A DNA stretch of 64,000 nucleotides from a bacterium BMS3Abin01 (GCA_002897715.1 BDUA01000045.1:8495-72494); one strand, 5' to 3'. Positions 18,009 through 28,918 are shown, numbered from the stretch's first letter. Notes: a model not told the origin generated them from the sequence alone. Made by a program: numbers and translations.

Positions 18009-18761
18009 CTAGCGTCTTACCGTTCTGGCGAAAGTCCAAACATTTACTTCGGCATCCAGGCCCTGCCGCAATATACGGGCACATTCGGCGACAGTCGACC
18101 CGGTGGTATATACATCATCGACCAGCACCACCCGTCTGCCTCCAGCGGCTGCCCGCCGGCGTAGCGAGAAGCTGCCCGCCAGGTTTCTTTTACGCTCCAG
18201 GGAATCGAGCCGGTTTTGAGGCTCGGTGGGATGCCGCTTGAGAAGCAGCGCCCGGCAGCTCAAACCCAGCCGTTTCGCCAGAGCCCGGGCATAGAGTTCC
18301 GCCTGGTTATAGCCGCGATCGAACTTCCGGTTCCGGTGCATGGGTACAAAAGTCAGAGTAGCCGCTTCGCATATCTCAGTCAAACCATCGCTGCCGCGGG
18401 TCAGGTCGGCCATCAGGCGGGCCAGGCGGCGCCGGCCGGAATACTTTAGTCCGTGCACCAGGCTACGCGCCGGCCCCCGGTAGGCATAGGCCGCTCGCGA
18501 ACAGGCGAAGTGCAGGTTGCGGCCGCGACATTCGCCGCAGGTGGATACATCACGAATGGAAGGCTTGCCGCAGCGCCGGCAGACATATGGACCGATGGCT
18601 GCAAATCGCTCCTCGCAGGCCGGACAGAGCTGCTCCCCCGGCCGGCCGCAATGGATGCAGCGTAAAGGAAAAAGCAGTGACAGCAACATGGACGGTATGT
18701 TTTCCCTGCCGGAGGCCAGATCCGCAGCCCTCACTTCCACTGGATATACTTCGAACTCCAC
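18009..18761 (-). CDS. comF: ComF-family phosphoribosyltransferase-domain protein
   Basis: Zinc-ribbon cysteines (CIHCGRP...CPAC...CRRCG...CGEC) and the PRTase motif VVLVDDVYTTGST. The ORF-track start is a GTG at 18761; an internal Met (MLLSLLFPLRC, 18689) is an alternative start. Confidence 0.8.
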   Translation of the reverse strand: MEFEVYPVEVRAADLASGRENIPSMLLSLLFPLRCIHCGRPGEQLCPACEERFAAIGPYVCRRCGKPSIRDVSTCGECRGRNLHFACSRAAYAYRGPARSLVHGLKYSGRRRLARLMADLTRGSDGLTEICEAATLTFVPMHRNRKFDRGYNQAELYARALAKRLGLSCRALLLKRHPTEPQNRLDSLERKRNLAGSFSLRRRAAAGGRRVVLVDDVYTTGSTVAECARILRQGLDAEVNVWTFARTVRR

Positions 18762-18770
18762 TCCTCACCA

Positions 18771-18983
18771 TTACCGGCTGGAGCCCTGCAGAACAAAAGA
18801 TACCACAACCTTTGTTCCTTCCCCAACAAGGCTCTCGATCATTATCTCACCGCCATGAGACCTGACTATCTCCCGGGCGATCGACAACCCCGGGCCCGCC
18901 TTCATCACTGACAGGGACGTGCGCAGTTCATGCGCGGCGCCGATATCGGCACCGAATAAAGTATTTACCTGGACCGAAGATGA
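18771..18983 (-). pseudogene. histidine-kinase relic: H-box fused directly to the G2-box/C-terminus
   Basis: A short open frame with no start codon reads LFGADIGAAHELRTSLSVMKAGPGLSIAREIVRSHGGEIMIESLVGEGTKVVVSFVLQGSSR*. AHELRTSL is the HisKA H-box. GPGLSIAREIV..HGGEI.IES..GEGT is the HATPase_c G2 region. The roughly 150 residues normally between them, and the whole sensor part, are missing. Confidence 0.55.
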
Positions 18984-19097
18984 CTACGATCAGCACCAGG
19001 CTGCCGTCTGCCTGGACGGGGGTCCCAGGATATATAAAACAGCGGTGATCGGACGGGGCCGGTTGAACTTACAGAGATATGAGCCCGGCGGGCGATC

Positions 19098-20216
19098 TCA
19101 TTCCCGCACGTGGGTATCGGCGTCGATGACCGTGAAAGGCTCCAGACGCACCTCCGGGGCCAGAACGCTGCCGGCGCCGATGACGCAGCGGTCGCCGACT
19201 ACAGCACGGTTATGCATCTGCACATCATCCCTGAGGTGGGCGCCACTGCCGATGATGCCACCCAGGACCTTGGCGCCGGCACCGGTCTGGGCTGCGCGCC
19301 ACTTGATCACACCCTCCAGTGAAGCGCCGTCCTCGATGATACTCTGGTCGCCGATGACCAGCGGGCCGGTGAGGCTGACCTTCTCACCCACCCGGCAATT
19401 GGAACCGAGCAGGATGGGCGGCTTGAGGATGGCCGAGCCGGCGATGCTGGTGCCCTCCCCCACGAAGATATCCTCCTTGACTTCGCGGCCGGGAATCTCC
19501 ACATCCACCTTGCCGGTCAGGGCATCGAAATTACCGATGCGGTACTGGTCCAGGCTGCCCACATCGTTCCAGTAGCCATCGATCTCGAAACCATGGAAGC
19601 GGATCTCCCGGGAGACAAAATCAGGGAATACCTGCTTGCCATAGTCATAGAAAGTGTCCTTGGGTATATGGTCGAACACCTCCGGCTCGAATATATATAT
19701 GCCACAGTTACAGAGGTTGCTCAGCTCCTCACCCGGTTCCGGTTTCTCCTGAAAACCGAGGATGCGGTTGTTCTTGTCCAGGATGACGACACCGAAACTG
19801 CTGGGGTCTTCCACCTTCTTCAGCGCCAGGGTGGCGATACCCCCGGCCCGGCGATGCTGCTCGATGAGCCGGCCCAGATCGATATCGGTGAGAGCGTCGC
19901 CGCTGATCACGATAAAAGTCTCGTCGCCGATGAATTTCTGTACCTTCTTGACGCCGCCGGCGGTACCCAGCAGCTCGGCCTCCAGCGAGTAACGCAGGTC
20001 GATATCCAGCTTCTGGCCCTTGCCGAAATAATTGGTGATGGCGTGGGGATGGTAGTGGAGGTTGGCCACCGCCTGAGTGATACCGTGATGCTTGAGCAGC
20101 CTGAGGATATGGTACATGACCGGCCGGTTGACGATGGGGGCCATCGGTTTGGAGATAGAACCGGTAAGAGGCCTGAGGCGCGTGCCCAACCCGGCTGCCA
20201 GAACCATGGCTTTCAA
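19098..20216 (-). CDS. sugar-1-phosphate nucleotidyltransferase, mannose-1-phosphate guanylyltransferase-like (NTP_transferase plus left-handed beta-helix)
   Basis: MKAMVLAAGLGTRLRPLTGSISKPMAPI is the nucleotidyltransferase signature, followed by C-terminal hexapeptide repeats. The TTG start directly abuts the mtnA stop (TAATTG). Confidence 0.8.
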   Translation of the reverse strand: MKAMVLAAGLGTRLRPLTGSISKPMAPIVNRPVMYHILRLLKHHGITQAVANLHYHPHAITNYFGKGQKLDIDLRYSLEAELLGTAGGVKKVQKFIGDETFIVISGDALTDIDLGRLIEQHRRAGGIATLALKKVEDPSSFGVVILDKNNRILGFQEKPEPGEELSNLCNCGIYIFEPEVFDHIPKDTFYDYGKQVFPDFVSREIRFHGFEIDGYWNDVGSLDQYRIGNFDALTGKVDVEIPGREVKEDIFVGEGTSIAGSAILKPPILLGSNCRVGEKVSLTGPLVIGDQSIIEDGASLEGVIKWRAAQTGAGAKVLGGIIGSGAHLRDDVQMHNRAVVGDRCVIGAGSVLAPEVRLEPFTVIDADTHVRE

Positions 20217-21269
20217 TTAACTCCCCCTCTTAGCCGCCGCCAGGCTCTCACCGTAGGGCTGGCGATGCACGCCGGCCTCGGTGATGATGGCGGTTACGTT
20301 TTCGTGGGGGGTGACATCGAAGGCGGGATTGCAGACGCCGATACCCTCCGGGGCGCAACGGCTGCCGCCGAAGTGCGTCACCTCTTCCGGGTCTCGTTCC
20401 TCTATGGGGATGGCGTCGCCGTCAGGCACATCCAGGTCTACCGTGGATGTGGGCGCCGCCACGTAAAAGGGCACCCGGTGCACCTTGGCCAGGACCGAGA
20501 CGGTGTAAGTGCCGATCTTGTTGGCCACATCACCGTTGGCGGCGATACGGTCCGAGCCCACCACCACCGCGTCGATGTCGCCTTTCCTGAAAAAAAATCC
20601 GGCCATGTTGTCGGTGATGAGTGAGCAGGGGATGCCCTCCTGTTTAAGCTCCCAGGCGGTGAGCCGGGCGCCCTGCAGGAAGGGACGGGTCTCATCGACG
20701 AACACGTGGATGGAGGGGTCGCGTTTGAACACGGAACGGATGACCCCCAGGGCCGTGCCGTAGCCGGCGGTCGCCAGGGCTCCGGCGTTACAATGGGTGA
20801 GGATGCGGGCGCCCCGGGGGAACAGCGGCGCCGCGTGCTCTCCCATGGCTACGCACATGGCCACATCCTCGTCCAGTATCTCCCGGGAGCGCTCTTTCAG
20901 CCGAGCACGTATATGGTCCGGATACGCCGGCTGAGCATAGATCTTCTTCTGTTCCTCCAGAGCCCAGCCCAGATTGTAGGCGGTGGGCCTGGTCTCGAAC
21001 AGCCCCGTTGCCGCCTGGTCGAGATCACGCCGCAGGGCTTCATAGCTGTCCGCCGGAGACTGTATCGCCGCCAGGGCCATACCCATAGCCGCGGCAACGC
21101 CGATGGCGGGAGCGCCGCGGATGACCATGGTCTTGATGGAATCACCCACCTCCTGCCAGGTCCGGTGATGGACGTATTCCTCATGTAACGGCAGAACGCG
21201 CTGGTCGATCATCACAACCTCGTCCCCCTGCCACTCAATGGTCTTGACCTTGTAGCTGCTTTCGTCCAT
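20217..21269 (-). CDS. mtnA: S-methyl-5-thioribose-1-phosphate isomerase
   Basis: VMIDQRVLPLHEEYV, IRGAPAIGVAAAMG, CNAGALATAGYGTALGVIR and GSDRIAANGDVANKIGTY are eIF-2B/MtnA family motifs. Confidence 0.85.
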   Translation of the reverse strand: MDESSYKVKTIEWQGDEVVMIDQRVLPLHEEYVHHRTWQEVGDSIKTMVIRGAPAIGVAAAMGMALAAIQSPADSYEALRRDLDQAATGLFETRPTAYNLGWALEEQKKIYAQPAYPDHIRARLKERSREILDEDVAMCVAMGEHAAPLFPRGARILTHCNAGALATAGYGTALGVIRSVFKRDPSIHVFVDETRPFLQGARLTAWELKQEGIPCSLITDNMAGFFFRKGDIDAVVVGSDRIAANGDVANKIGTYTVSVLAKVHRVPFYVAAPTSTVDLDVPDGDAIPIEERDPEEVTHFGGSRCAPEGIGVCNPAFDVTPHENVTAIITEAGVHRQPYGESLAAAKRGS

Positions 21270-21346
21270 TTCCTACCTCGAGTCGCTGGTTTCCGCACCT
21301 TTAGTCAGACCACCACTCATGGAATGACACCAGGGGACGCCCCTCC

Positions 21347-22687
<1,341 letters not shown>

Positions 22688-22855
22688 CTATATGGTTTTC
22701 GCCGCGGAGTTACCGGGCAGGCCGCAAACATGCCGGCGGCCGTTCTTTAATGGCCCAGGGAGATTTGATGCATCGAGCCCCGCCTCCACGGCGGGCGCGG
22801 TTAAGTATACTAAATGCGGACTTGGGAGGACAGGCAGCGGGACGCGGCGGGGCTT

Positions 22856-23935
22856 TCAGGCGAGCCTCCGCTTGAGGTCCTCGATCCTGGTCACCGGCGA
22901 GGGGTCCATACCGCCGAGAGTGGCCAGATACAGGGAAACATAGTCTCCCAGACAGATGCTGGAGAAGATCCGGGCCAGGCGGCTATCGCCCGATGTCTGA
23001 AGCCGTATGGCCTCTCCCGTGTATTCCCGGAGCATGCCGGCGGTGATCTCCATGCGCTTGCGGTTCTGAGGATGGATACCCTTATCGTCCAGATATACGA
23101 GACGGAAGGAGCCCAGCGCCGCCTCCGGGTTCTGCCAGCCAACGATCTCGTTATGGTTCAGTTCGGGGAACTCGTTGGCGAAGGCGACGTTCTTGGCGTT
23201 CTCATTGATCTGACACTTCCAGCGGCGTGCCGCCACGTCGGTCAGCTCGCAACCGTAAACCACCGGTATGCTGCCATACAGCTCCCGGGCCAGTTGTTTG
23301 GCCGGATTCTCCTCCGTCGGATTCTCCGGCCCGTAAAGACCGGCCAGTTCCCGCAACAGCGCCACACTCTCCCCGATATCATCAGTCAGCTTCTCTATCA
23401 GTCCCAGGCTTTCCAGGCAGGCGGCGATGGGCACGGACAGCCAGCCGATAGCCGCGCGGGGCTGCATACCCGGCGGGACATGGATCAGGGGCAACCCTTG
23501 CTCGCGGGCGATATCGCTCATCCTGCCCCCGGAGCTGAGGCACACCGTGCGGCATCCTTTTTCCAGAGCGTCCTCCAGGCAGGAGAGGGATTCCTCCGTA
23601 TTGCCGGAGTAGCTCGCCGTGAACACCAGGCTGCGGCTGCTGGTCCAGTGAGGCAGATGGTAACCGCGGACGGTCACCAGCGGGCTGGGCAGGGAGACAT
23701 CGAACACATTGGCCACCAGATCGCTGCCGATGGCTGAGCCGCCCATACCGGCCACGGCGATGCCGCCGACCTCTCCACCCGCCTCCTCGATAACACTGGC
23801 GCCGGCGGCGTAGGCTTCCTCCAGCTGTCCGGGCAAGTCGGCGACCATGCCGAAATGGTCCTGGGAATCCAGGGCCTTGATCTTCCCCATATCGTCCAGC
23901 GATGGCAGAGTCAGGTCGGATTCACCCCGAGTCAT
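22856..23935 (-). CDS. bifunctional phosphoglucose/phosphomannose isomerase (SIS-domain type)
   Basis: Two SIS-like halves (GMGGSAIGSDL; FTASYSGNTEE). The C-terminal region reads ELNHNEIVGW, typical of archaeal/actinobacterial PGI/PMI. Confidence 0.8.
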   Translation of the reverse strand: MTRGESDLTLPSLDDMGKIKALDSQDHFGMVADLPGQLEEAYAAGASVIEEAGGEVGGIAVAGMGGSAIGSDLVANVFDVSLPSPLVTVRGYHLPHWTSSRSLVFTASYSGNTEESLSCLEDALEKGCRTVCLSSGGRMSDIAREQGLPLIHVPPGMQPRAAIGWLSVPIAACLESLGLIEKLTDDIGESVALLRELAGLYGPENPTEENPAKQLARELYGSIPVVYGCELTDVAARRWKCQINENAKNVAFANEFPELNHNEIVGWQNPEAALGSFRLVYLDDKGIHPQNRKRMEITAGMLREYTGEAIRLQTSGDSRLARIFSSICLGDYVSLYLATLGGMDPSPVTRIEDLKRRLA

Positions 23936-23939
23936 CGGC

Positions 23940-25316
23940 TCATTCCAGGCTGGCGGCTACCGAGGGGAACCGTTCCAGTTTGGTGAGTATCAGTTTCAGT
24001 ATCTCGTCGCGCCGCTCCGGTGTCTTCGCTTCGCACCGGACCACTACCACCGGAGAGGTATTGGAGGCACGCACCAGTCCCCAGCCGTCGGGGAAGACCA
24101 CCCTCACGCCGTCGATATCAATAACCTCGTAGTCGCGGGAGAACTCCTTCTTCACCGTTTCGACAATCTTGAACTTCTCATCCTCGGTCGATTCGATTCT
24201 CATCTCCGGCGTGGCGTAGTACCTGGGTATGTCAGCCATCAGCTCCGAGAGGCTGCTACCCTTGCGGGACACATATTCCAGCAGCCGGCAGGCGGCGTAG
24301 ATAGCGTCATCATAGCCGAAATAGCGGTCGGCGAAGTAGATATGGCCGCTCATCTCCCCGGCCAGCAGCGCCTTCTCCTCGCGTATCTTGGCTTCGATGA
24401 GCGAATGGCCCGTCTTCCACATCAGCGGCACGCCGCCGTGGGCCTGGATATCCTCCACCAGCGCCTGGGAGCACTTCACCTCGAAGATGATGGTGCCGCC
24501 CGGGTTGCGCTCCAGGATATCGCGGGAGAACAGGATCAACAGCTGATCCCCCCAGATGATGGTCCCGTCATCCGCCACGGCGCCGATGCGGTCGGCATCG
24601 CCGTCAAAGGCGATGCCCATATCGGCGCCCTCTTGGTCCACCCGGGCCCGCAAGTCGTCCAGGTTGGCCGGTACGGTGGGGTCGGGGAAATGGTTGGGGA
24701 AGTTGCCATCCAGATCACAATAGAGCTCGACCACCTGGCAGCCCAGCCGCCGGATCAGCGACGGTGCCACTTTGCCGCCCACGCCGTTACCGGCATCGAC
24801 GACGACCTTGAGCGGCTTCTCGATGTTGATGTCACGAACTATATATTCGATATAAGCCGGTACCGGGTCGGCGCTGGAGCTGCTCCCCTCGCCGGCGGCG
24901 AACCGGCCGGCGTCGATGATGCCTTTCAGCTTCTGTATCTCCTCACCATAGATGGTCCCCTGCCCGCGGCAGAGCTTGAAGCCGTTGTACTGTGGCGGGT
25001 TGTGACTGCCGGTTATCATCACGCCGGCCTGCTTGCCGTATTCATGCAGCGAGAAGTAAAAGGCGGGCGTGGGTAACTCGCCCACATCGATGACATCGCA
25101 GCCGGTAGACAGCATGCCTCTCATCAGGGCGTCACGGAAAGGGACTGAGCTGGGGCGGTTGTCCCTGCCCACCAGCGCCTCGCCCAGACCGAACGACCTG
25201 ATGTAGGTTCCATAGCTTCTGCCCAGCAGCTCGACGGTCGCCTCGTTCAGATCCTCGCCGACCAGCCCCCTCACATCATATTCACGGAATATCTGCGGGT
25301 TGACGGTTTCCGCCAT
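23940..25316 (-). CDS. phosphomannomutase/phosphoglucomutase
   Basis: The active-site loop is ITGSHNPPQYNGFK, the metal loop is FDGDADR, and the sugar-binding motif is GEMSGH. Confidence 0.85.
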   Translation of the reverse strand: MAETVNPQIFREYDVRGLVGEDLNEATVELLGRSYGTYIRSFGLGEALVGRDNRPSSVPFRDALMRGMLSTGCDVIDVGELPTPAFYFSLHEYGKQAGVMITGSHNPPQYNGFKLCRGQGTIYGEEIQKLKGIIDAGRFAAGEGSSSSADPVPAYIEYIVRDINIEKPLKVVVDAGNGVGGKVAPSLIRRLGCQVVELYCDLDGNFPNHFPDPTVPANLDDLRARVDQEGADMGIAFDGDADRIGAVADDGTIIWGDQLLILFSRDILERNPGGTIIFEVKCSQALVEDIQAHGGVPLMWKTGHSLIEAKIREEKALLAGEMSGHIYFADRYFGYDDAIYAACRLLEYVSRKGSSLSELMADIPRYYATPEMRIESTEDEKFKIVETVKKEFSRDYEVIDIDGVRVVFPDGWGLVRASNTSPVVVVRCEAKTPERRDEILKLILTKLERFPSVAASLE

Positions 25317-25325
25317 CTTTCCTCC

Positions 25326-25748
25326 TTATCCCACACTAACCTTCCACTTGCCGTCTTCCTTTACCAGGTTGACGGTATCTTCCTGCGTCTGCTCTGTCTC
25401 CTCACCCTCTATCTTGGCGCTGGCCTTGAAGTCCACGGTGGCCGTGTCGCCATCTATGTTCTCCTCGGTCACCTCGAAACTGGTAACCTCCAGATTGGGA
25501 GCGCCCTCGCCCAGCGCGGCCAACTGCTCCTTGCAGGCTTCAACCGCCTGGCCGCGATCCTCACCGAACAGCTGGACGCTGTCGTTGGACATCAGTTCCA
25601 CCAATGTATCGCAATCAAGATCCGCCGACGCGGTCACGAACCTCTCGGCTACTACTGAAGGGCTGTCGCCGCCGCAACCGAGCACCGGCAACGCCAGCGC
25701 CAGCAGCAGGCCGGCCACAACCAGCATTATCCTGTACTTCCCTTTCAT
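25326..25748 (-). CDS. lipoprotein, NTF2-like/DUF4878-like
   Basis: RBS AAAGGGGA. MKGKYRIMLVVAGLLLALALPVLGCGGDSP contains a lipobox. The body resembles that of its upstream neighbour. Confidence 0.6.
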   Translation of the reverse strand: MKGKYRIMLVVAGLLLALALPVLGCGGDSPSVVAERFVTASADLDCDTLVELMSNDSVQLFGEDRGQAVEACKEQLAALGEGAPNLEVTSFEVTEENIDGDTATVDFKASAKIEGEETEQTQEDTVNLVKEDGKWKVSVG

Positions 25749-25832
25749 CGTTTCCCCTTTCAATGGTTCTTCCTTGAATAGCTGCGTTCCACTCCTCACC
25801 GCCGGAGCACCCTGACCGCGGCGGCGTAATGC

Positions 25833-26231
25833 CTATCCCAGTTTCCACTCTCCGTCCTCCCTGACCAGGGCGGTCTCCTGTTCGCTTTCCTCGCCGCCCC
25901 CGGCGGCGGCCGGTCCGGTCACCCTCACCTTGAACTTGACGATGGCGCGATCGCCGTCTATCTCCTCGCTGGTGATCTCCAGACCCTCCATCCGTGACCC
26001 TTCGATCCAGTTTGCCTCCAGGGCGGCGACGAACTCCTCGCGAGAGATGCTTTCCCTGGTACCGGCCGAGGATATGTCATAGACGGTATCGAAATCGCGG
26101 TTGTTCAGGGCATCGATAAAATCTTCAACGGTTTTTCCGGGGCTGTCGCCGCCACAACCGCCCGTCGTCAGGATTGCCGATATTAACACGGCGCCGACGG
26201 CCAGCGCCAGCATGATGTGCCATCTTCTCAT
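25833..26231 (-). CDS. lipoprotein, paralog of 25326-25748
   Basis: MRRWHIMLALAVGAVLISAILTTGGCGGDSPGKTVEDFIDAL contains a lipobox. The two proteins share the pattern ...EITSEEIDGDRAIVKFK...EDGEWKL versus ...EVTEENIDGDTATVDFK...EDGKWKV. Confidence 0.6.
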   Translation of the reverse strand: MRRWHIMLALAVGAVLISAILTTGGCGGDSPGKTVEDFIDALNNRDFDTVYDISSAGTRESISREEFVAALEANWIEGSRMEGLEITSEEIDGDRAIVKFKVRVTGPAAAGGGEESEQETALVREDGEWKLG

Positions 26232-26296
26232 GGGGTTCCTTTATAAATAAAAACCTTTTCACGGTCATCCGGGTGCTGTGTCCGGACCGGCATCTG

Positions 26297-26848
26297 TCAC
26301 CTGCCGCCGCGGCCGGATATCTTCCCGCTTACCAGGGACCATCCACGCCGGGCGGTTCGCCGCCAACCCAGGGTTTCGAGATGAAAGCGCAGGCGCCGGA
26401 AATAATAAACCGGGCCCTTGCGCTCCACCGGCGGCAGCCACACCAGAAAGTCGGGGCCGCCATTATCCGCCGGGGCTTCGCCGGCAGCCGGTGGCTGACC
26501 CGCCGGCAGCCTGCCGGCGATAATCGTACCCCAATCCGCCGCGAAAAGCTTGCCTGACTCGCTGAAGAATGCGTGCGCTTCGGCGGCGCCGGACTGGACC
26601 AGCACCATGTCCGAATCCCGGGCCAGCAGGCTCAGGTTGCGCTGATTATAATAAACTACGGCGAAGCCGGGGTGGGAAACCGCGGTGATGGCGGGCATGC
26701 ACAGGATGACATCGTGACCGGCGGACAGCGCTTCCGCCAGACGCCAGCAGGCGCTGTCCATAGCCGCCTCCTGGCTATCCACCTTTTCAGACGCCACCAC
26801 CAGCACCCGCCGGCGATGGGGTGATAGCCTGTCCGCTGTTGTTTCCAT
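26297..26848 (-). CDS. hypothetical protein (N-terminus weakly resembles a GT4 N-terminal Rossmann half; possibly a truncated gene)
   Basis: 183-aa ORF. RVLVVASE...LAEALSAGHDVILCMP resembles the start of GT-B glycosyltransferases. No C-terminal catalytic half is present. Confidence 0.35.
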   Translation of the reverse strand: METTADRLSPHRRRVLVVASEKVDSQEAAMDSACWRLAEALSAGHDVILCMPAITAVSHPGFAVVYYNQRNLSLLARDSDMVLVQSGAAEAHAFFSESGKLFAADWGTIIAGRLPAGQPPAAGEAPADNGGPDFLVWLPPVERKGPVYYFRRLRFHLETLGWRRTARRGWSLVSGKISGRGGR

Positions 26849-26919
26849 ACTGGGAGTTTACGCATATCCGGCGGCGGTTTGAAGGGGCGGAGGACCATAA
26901 GGGCCGGGTTCCACCTGAT

Positions 26920-26948
26920 TTGACACTCGTTTTTTTTTGCTCTAATAT
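26920..26948 (+). promoter_or_regulatory. sigma-70-like promoter for rplM-rpsI
   Basis: TTGACA (26920-26925), a 17-nt T-rich spacer, then TAATAT (26943-26948), about 40 nt before the rplM ATG. Confidence 0.5.
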
Positions 26949-26986
26949 CCATCCTTGCGCCTGAATTGTGGCCGACTCACTTATCT

Positions 26987-27418
26987 ATGAAGACTTATAT
27001 AGCAAAACCTGCAACGATCGAGCGTAACTGGCGCCTGGTTGATGCCCGCGGGCAGCATCTGGGACGTCTGGCCACGCGCATCGCCAGTACGCTTCGCGGC
27101 AAGAACAAGCCTGAATACACCCCGCACATCGATACCGGCGATTTCGTCGTGGTGATCAACGCGAAACGCGTCGCTGTTACCGGAAACAAGATGCAGGACA
27201 AGATTTATTACCGCCACTCCGGGTATCCCGGCGGCCTCAAGGAAAGAAACCTGGCCCAGATGATGGACAGAAAGCCGGAGGAGGTGCTTCGTCTGGCGGT
27301 CAAGGGCATGATGCCCAAGAACCGGCTGGCGCGGGCACAGCTGAAGAAACTGAAGATCTACGCCGGCCCCGATCATCCTCATGAGGCGCAGCAACCTAAG
27401 GAGTTAGAGCTTGGTTAG
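26987..27418 (+). CDS. rplM: 50S ribosomal protein L13
   Basis: [59 protein letters not shown] is canonical L13. Confidence 0.95.
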   Translation: MKTYIAKPATIERNWRLVDARGQHLGRLATRIASTLRGKNKPEYTPHIDTGDFVVVINAKRVAVTGNKMQDKIYYRHSGYPGGLKERNLAQMMDRKPEEVLRLAVKGMMPKNRLARAQLKKLKIYAGPDHPHEAQQPKELELG

Positions 27419-27797
27419 TTATTCGGCAACCGGCAAACGCAAGACGGCTATCGCCCGCGTGAGGCTTTCACCGGGAGACGGCAAGATAACCGTCAACGAC
27501 CGGCCGCTGGAGGAGTACTTCAGCCGCGAACGATTGCGTACAGAGGTCCAGATGCCACTGAAAGCCACGGGCACGGACAACCGCTTTGATGTCACCGCCA
27601 ATATCATCGGCGGCGGAATCGGCGGGCAGGCAGGGGCTCTCCGTCATGGCATCGCCAGAGCGTTGCTCAAGGCTGACGACTCCCTGCGCAAGGAGCTGCG
27701 CGGCGGCGGTTTTCTCACGCGGGACTCCCGCATCACGGAACGCAAGAAGGCCGGCCTCAAGGGCGCCCGCAAGCGTCCGCAGTTCTCCAAGCGCTGA
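27411..27797 (+). CDS. rpsI: 30S ribosomal protein S9
   Basis: [15 protein letters not shown]...[19 protein letters not shown]...[25 protein letters not shown] is canonical S9. It overlaps the rplM stop. Confidence 0.95.
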   Translation: MVSYSATGKRKTAIARVRLSPGDGKITVNDRPLEEYFSRERLRTEVQMPLKATGTDNRFDVTANIIGGGIGGQAGALRHGIARALLKADDSLRKELRGGGFLTRDSRITERKKAGLKGARKRPQFSKR

Positions 27798-27864
27798 TCC
27801 GGCTGCTGCTTCCGGTGCCCGCTGTGCCGGTTTCTTTTCCCAAGACATCTCTCTCCCGCATACC

Positions 27865-28902
27865 ATGGCCAGCCTGACCATCAATCTCGACAGCATCGAG
27901 CATAATACCCGTCTGGTAAGGAACATGATCGAGCCTCACGGCACCAGGCTGGTGGGGGTCACCAAGGCCTGCCTGGGCGACGAAGCGGTGGCGGCGGCGA
28001 TGCTTTCCGCCGGAGCCGCCGCCCTGGCCGATTCACGGCCGGAAAGCATCAGGAAGCTGCGGCGGCGTTTCCCGGACACGGAACTGCAGCTGCTGCGGCC
28101 GCCGGGCGACGGCTCCGGCGCTGGCGACATACCGGCCGACCTCTTTTTCGTATCCAACGCCGGCCAGGCCAGGAGTTCCCTGTCTTCAGGCGCGGGCCAC
28201 CAACGGCGTTTCCTGCTGATGGTCGAGACCGGGGATGGCCGCGAAGGCGTACCCGCTGACCTGGCGCCGGCCGAAGCCGGAAAACTGGCGGCCCTGGAAG
28301 GCGCCATACCGGCAGGATTCGCCACCAACGCCGCCTGTTCCCGGCCCGCTGCCGCTACCGCCCCGGCCCTGGCGCTGCTGATGAGAACGGCGGACATGGC
28401 TCGCCGTCAGCTGGGGCCGGTTGACGGCGACCCTTCGTTTATCATCTCGGCCGGTGGTTCCGGCCTGTTGCGACCGGCCGTTGGCACCGCTAACGACGCC
28501 AGCCCGGCCGGTCTTGACCGCCTTGATGATCTGCGCTGCGGCGAAGCGCTCCTGCTGGGACGGATCCCCCACGGCGACCACCACGATCTTTTTTTACCCG
28601 GCGGCCGCCGTGACGCCTTTCTGCTGGACGGCAGCGTGCTGGAGGTTTACAGAAAGAATGGCGACCTGCGGGCGCTGGTCGATATCGGCGCCCAGGATAC
28701 CGGCTCGGCGCCGGTCATCCCCTGCGGGGACGGTGTGAGGGTGACATCGGTGACCAGCGACTATCTGGTGGCCTCTCTGGAGAGCGACAGCTGCCGCCGG
28801 CGCGTACGCGCCGGCGGCAGCCTCTCCTTCATTCCCACCTATTACGCGCTTCTGGCGGCCATGACCTCGCCGTTTATCGACAAGAGGTACACAGGCATCT
28901 GA
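27865..28902 (+). CDS. alanine-racemase-fold PLP enzyme (alanine/ornithine racemase family, YhfX-like)
   Basis: MASLTINLDSIEHNTRLVRNMIEPHGTRLVGVTKACLGDEAVAAAML carries an N-terminal barrel with a candidate PLP lysine in GVTKA. The ORF-track extension back to 27586 overlaps rpsI and is not credible. Confidence 0.7.
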   Translation: MASLTINLDSIEHNTRLVRNMIEPHGTRLVGVTKACLGDEAVAAAMLSAGAAALADSRPESIRKLRRRFPDTELQLLRPPGDGSGAGDIPADLFFVSNAGQARSSLSSGAGHQRRFLLMVETGDGREGVPADLAPAEAGKLAALEGAIPAGFATNAACSRPAAATAPALALLMRTADMARRQLGPVDGDPSFIISAGGSGLLRPAVGTANDASPAGLDRLDDLRCGEALLLGRIPHGDHHDLFLPGGRRDAFLLDGSVLEVYRKNGDLRALVDIGAQDTGSAPVIPCGDGVRVTSVTSDYLVASLESDSCRRRVRAGGSLSFIPTYYALLAAMTSPFIDKRYTGI

Positions 28903-28918
28903 ACCGCCGGGTCCGGCG

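Noticed and set aside
27586-27864. Upstream extension of the racemase-like ORF
   Set aside because: It overlaps rpsI in another frame, and its sequence is Ser/Ala/Arg-rich noise. The racemase-fold homology begins at the Met at 27865.
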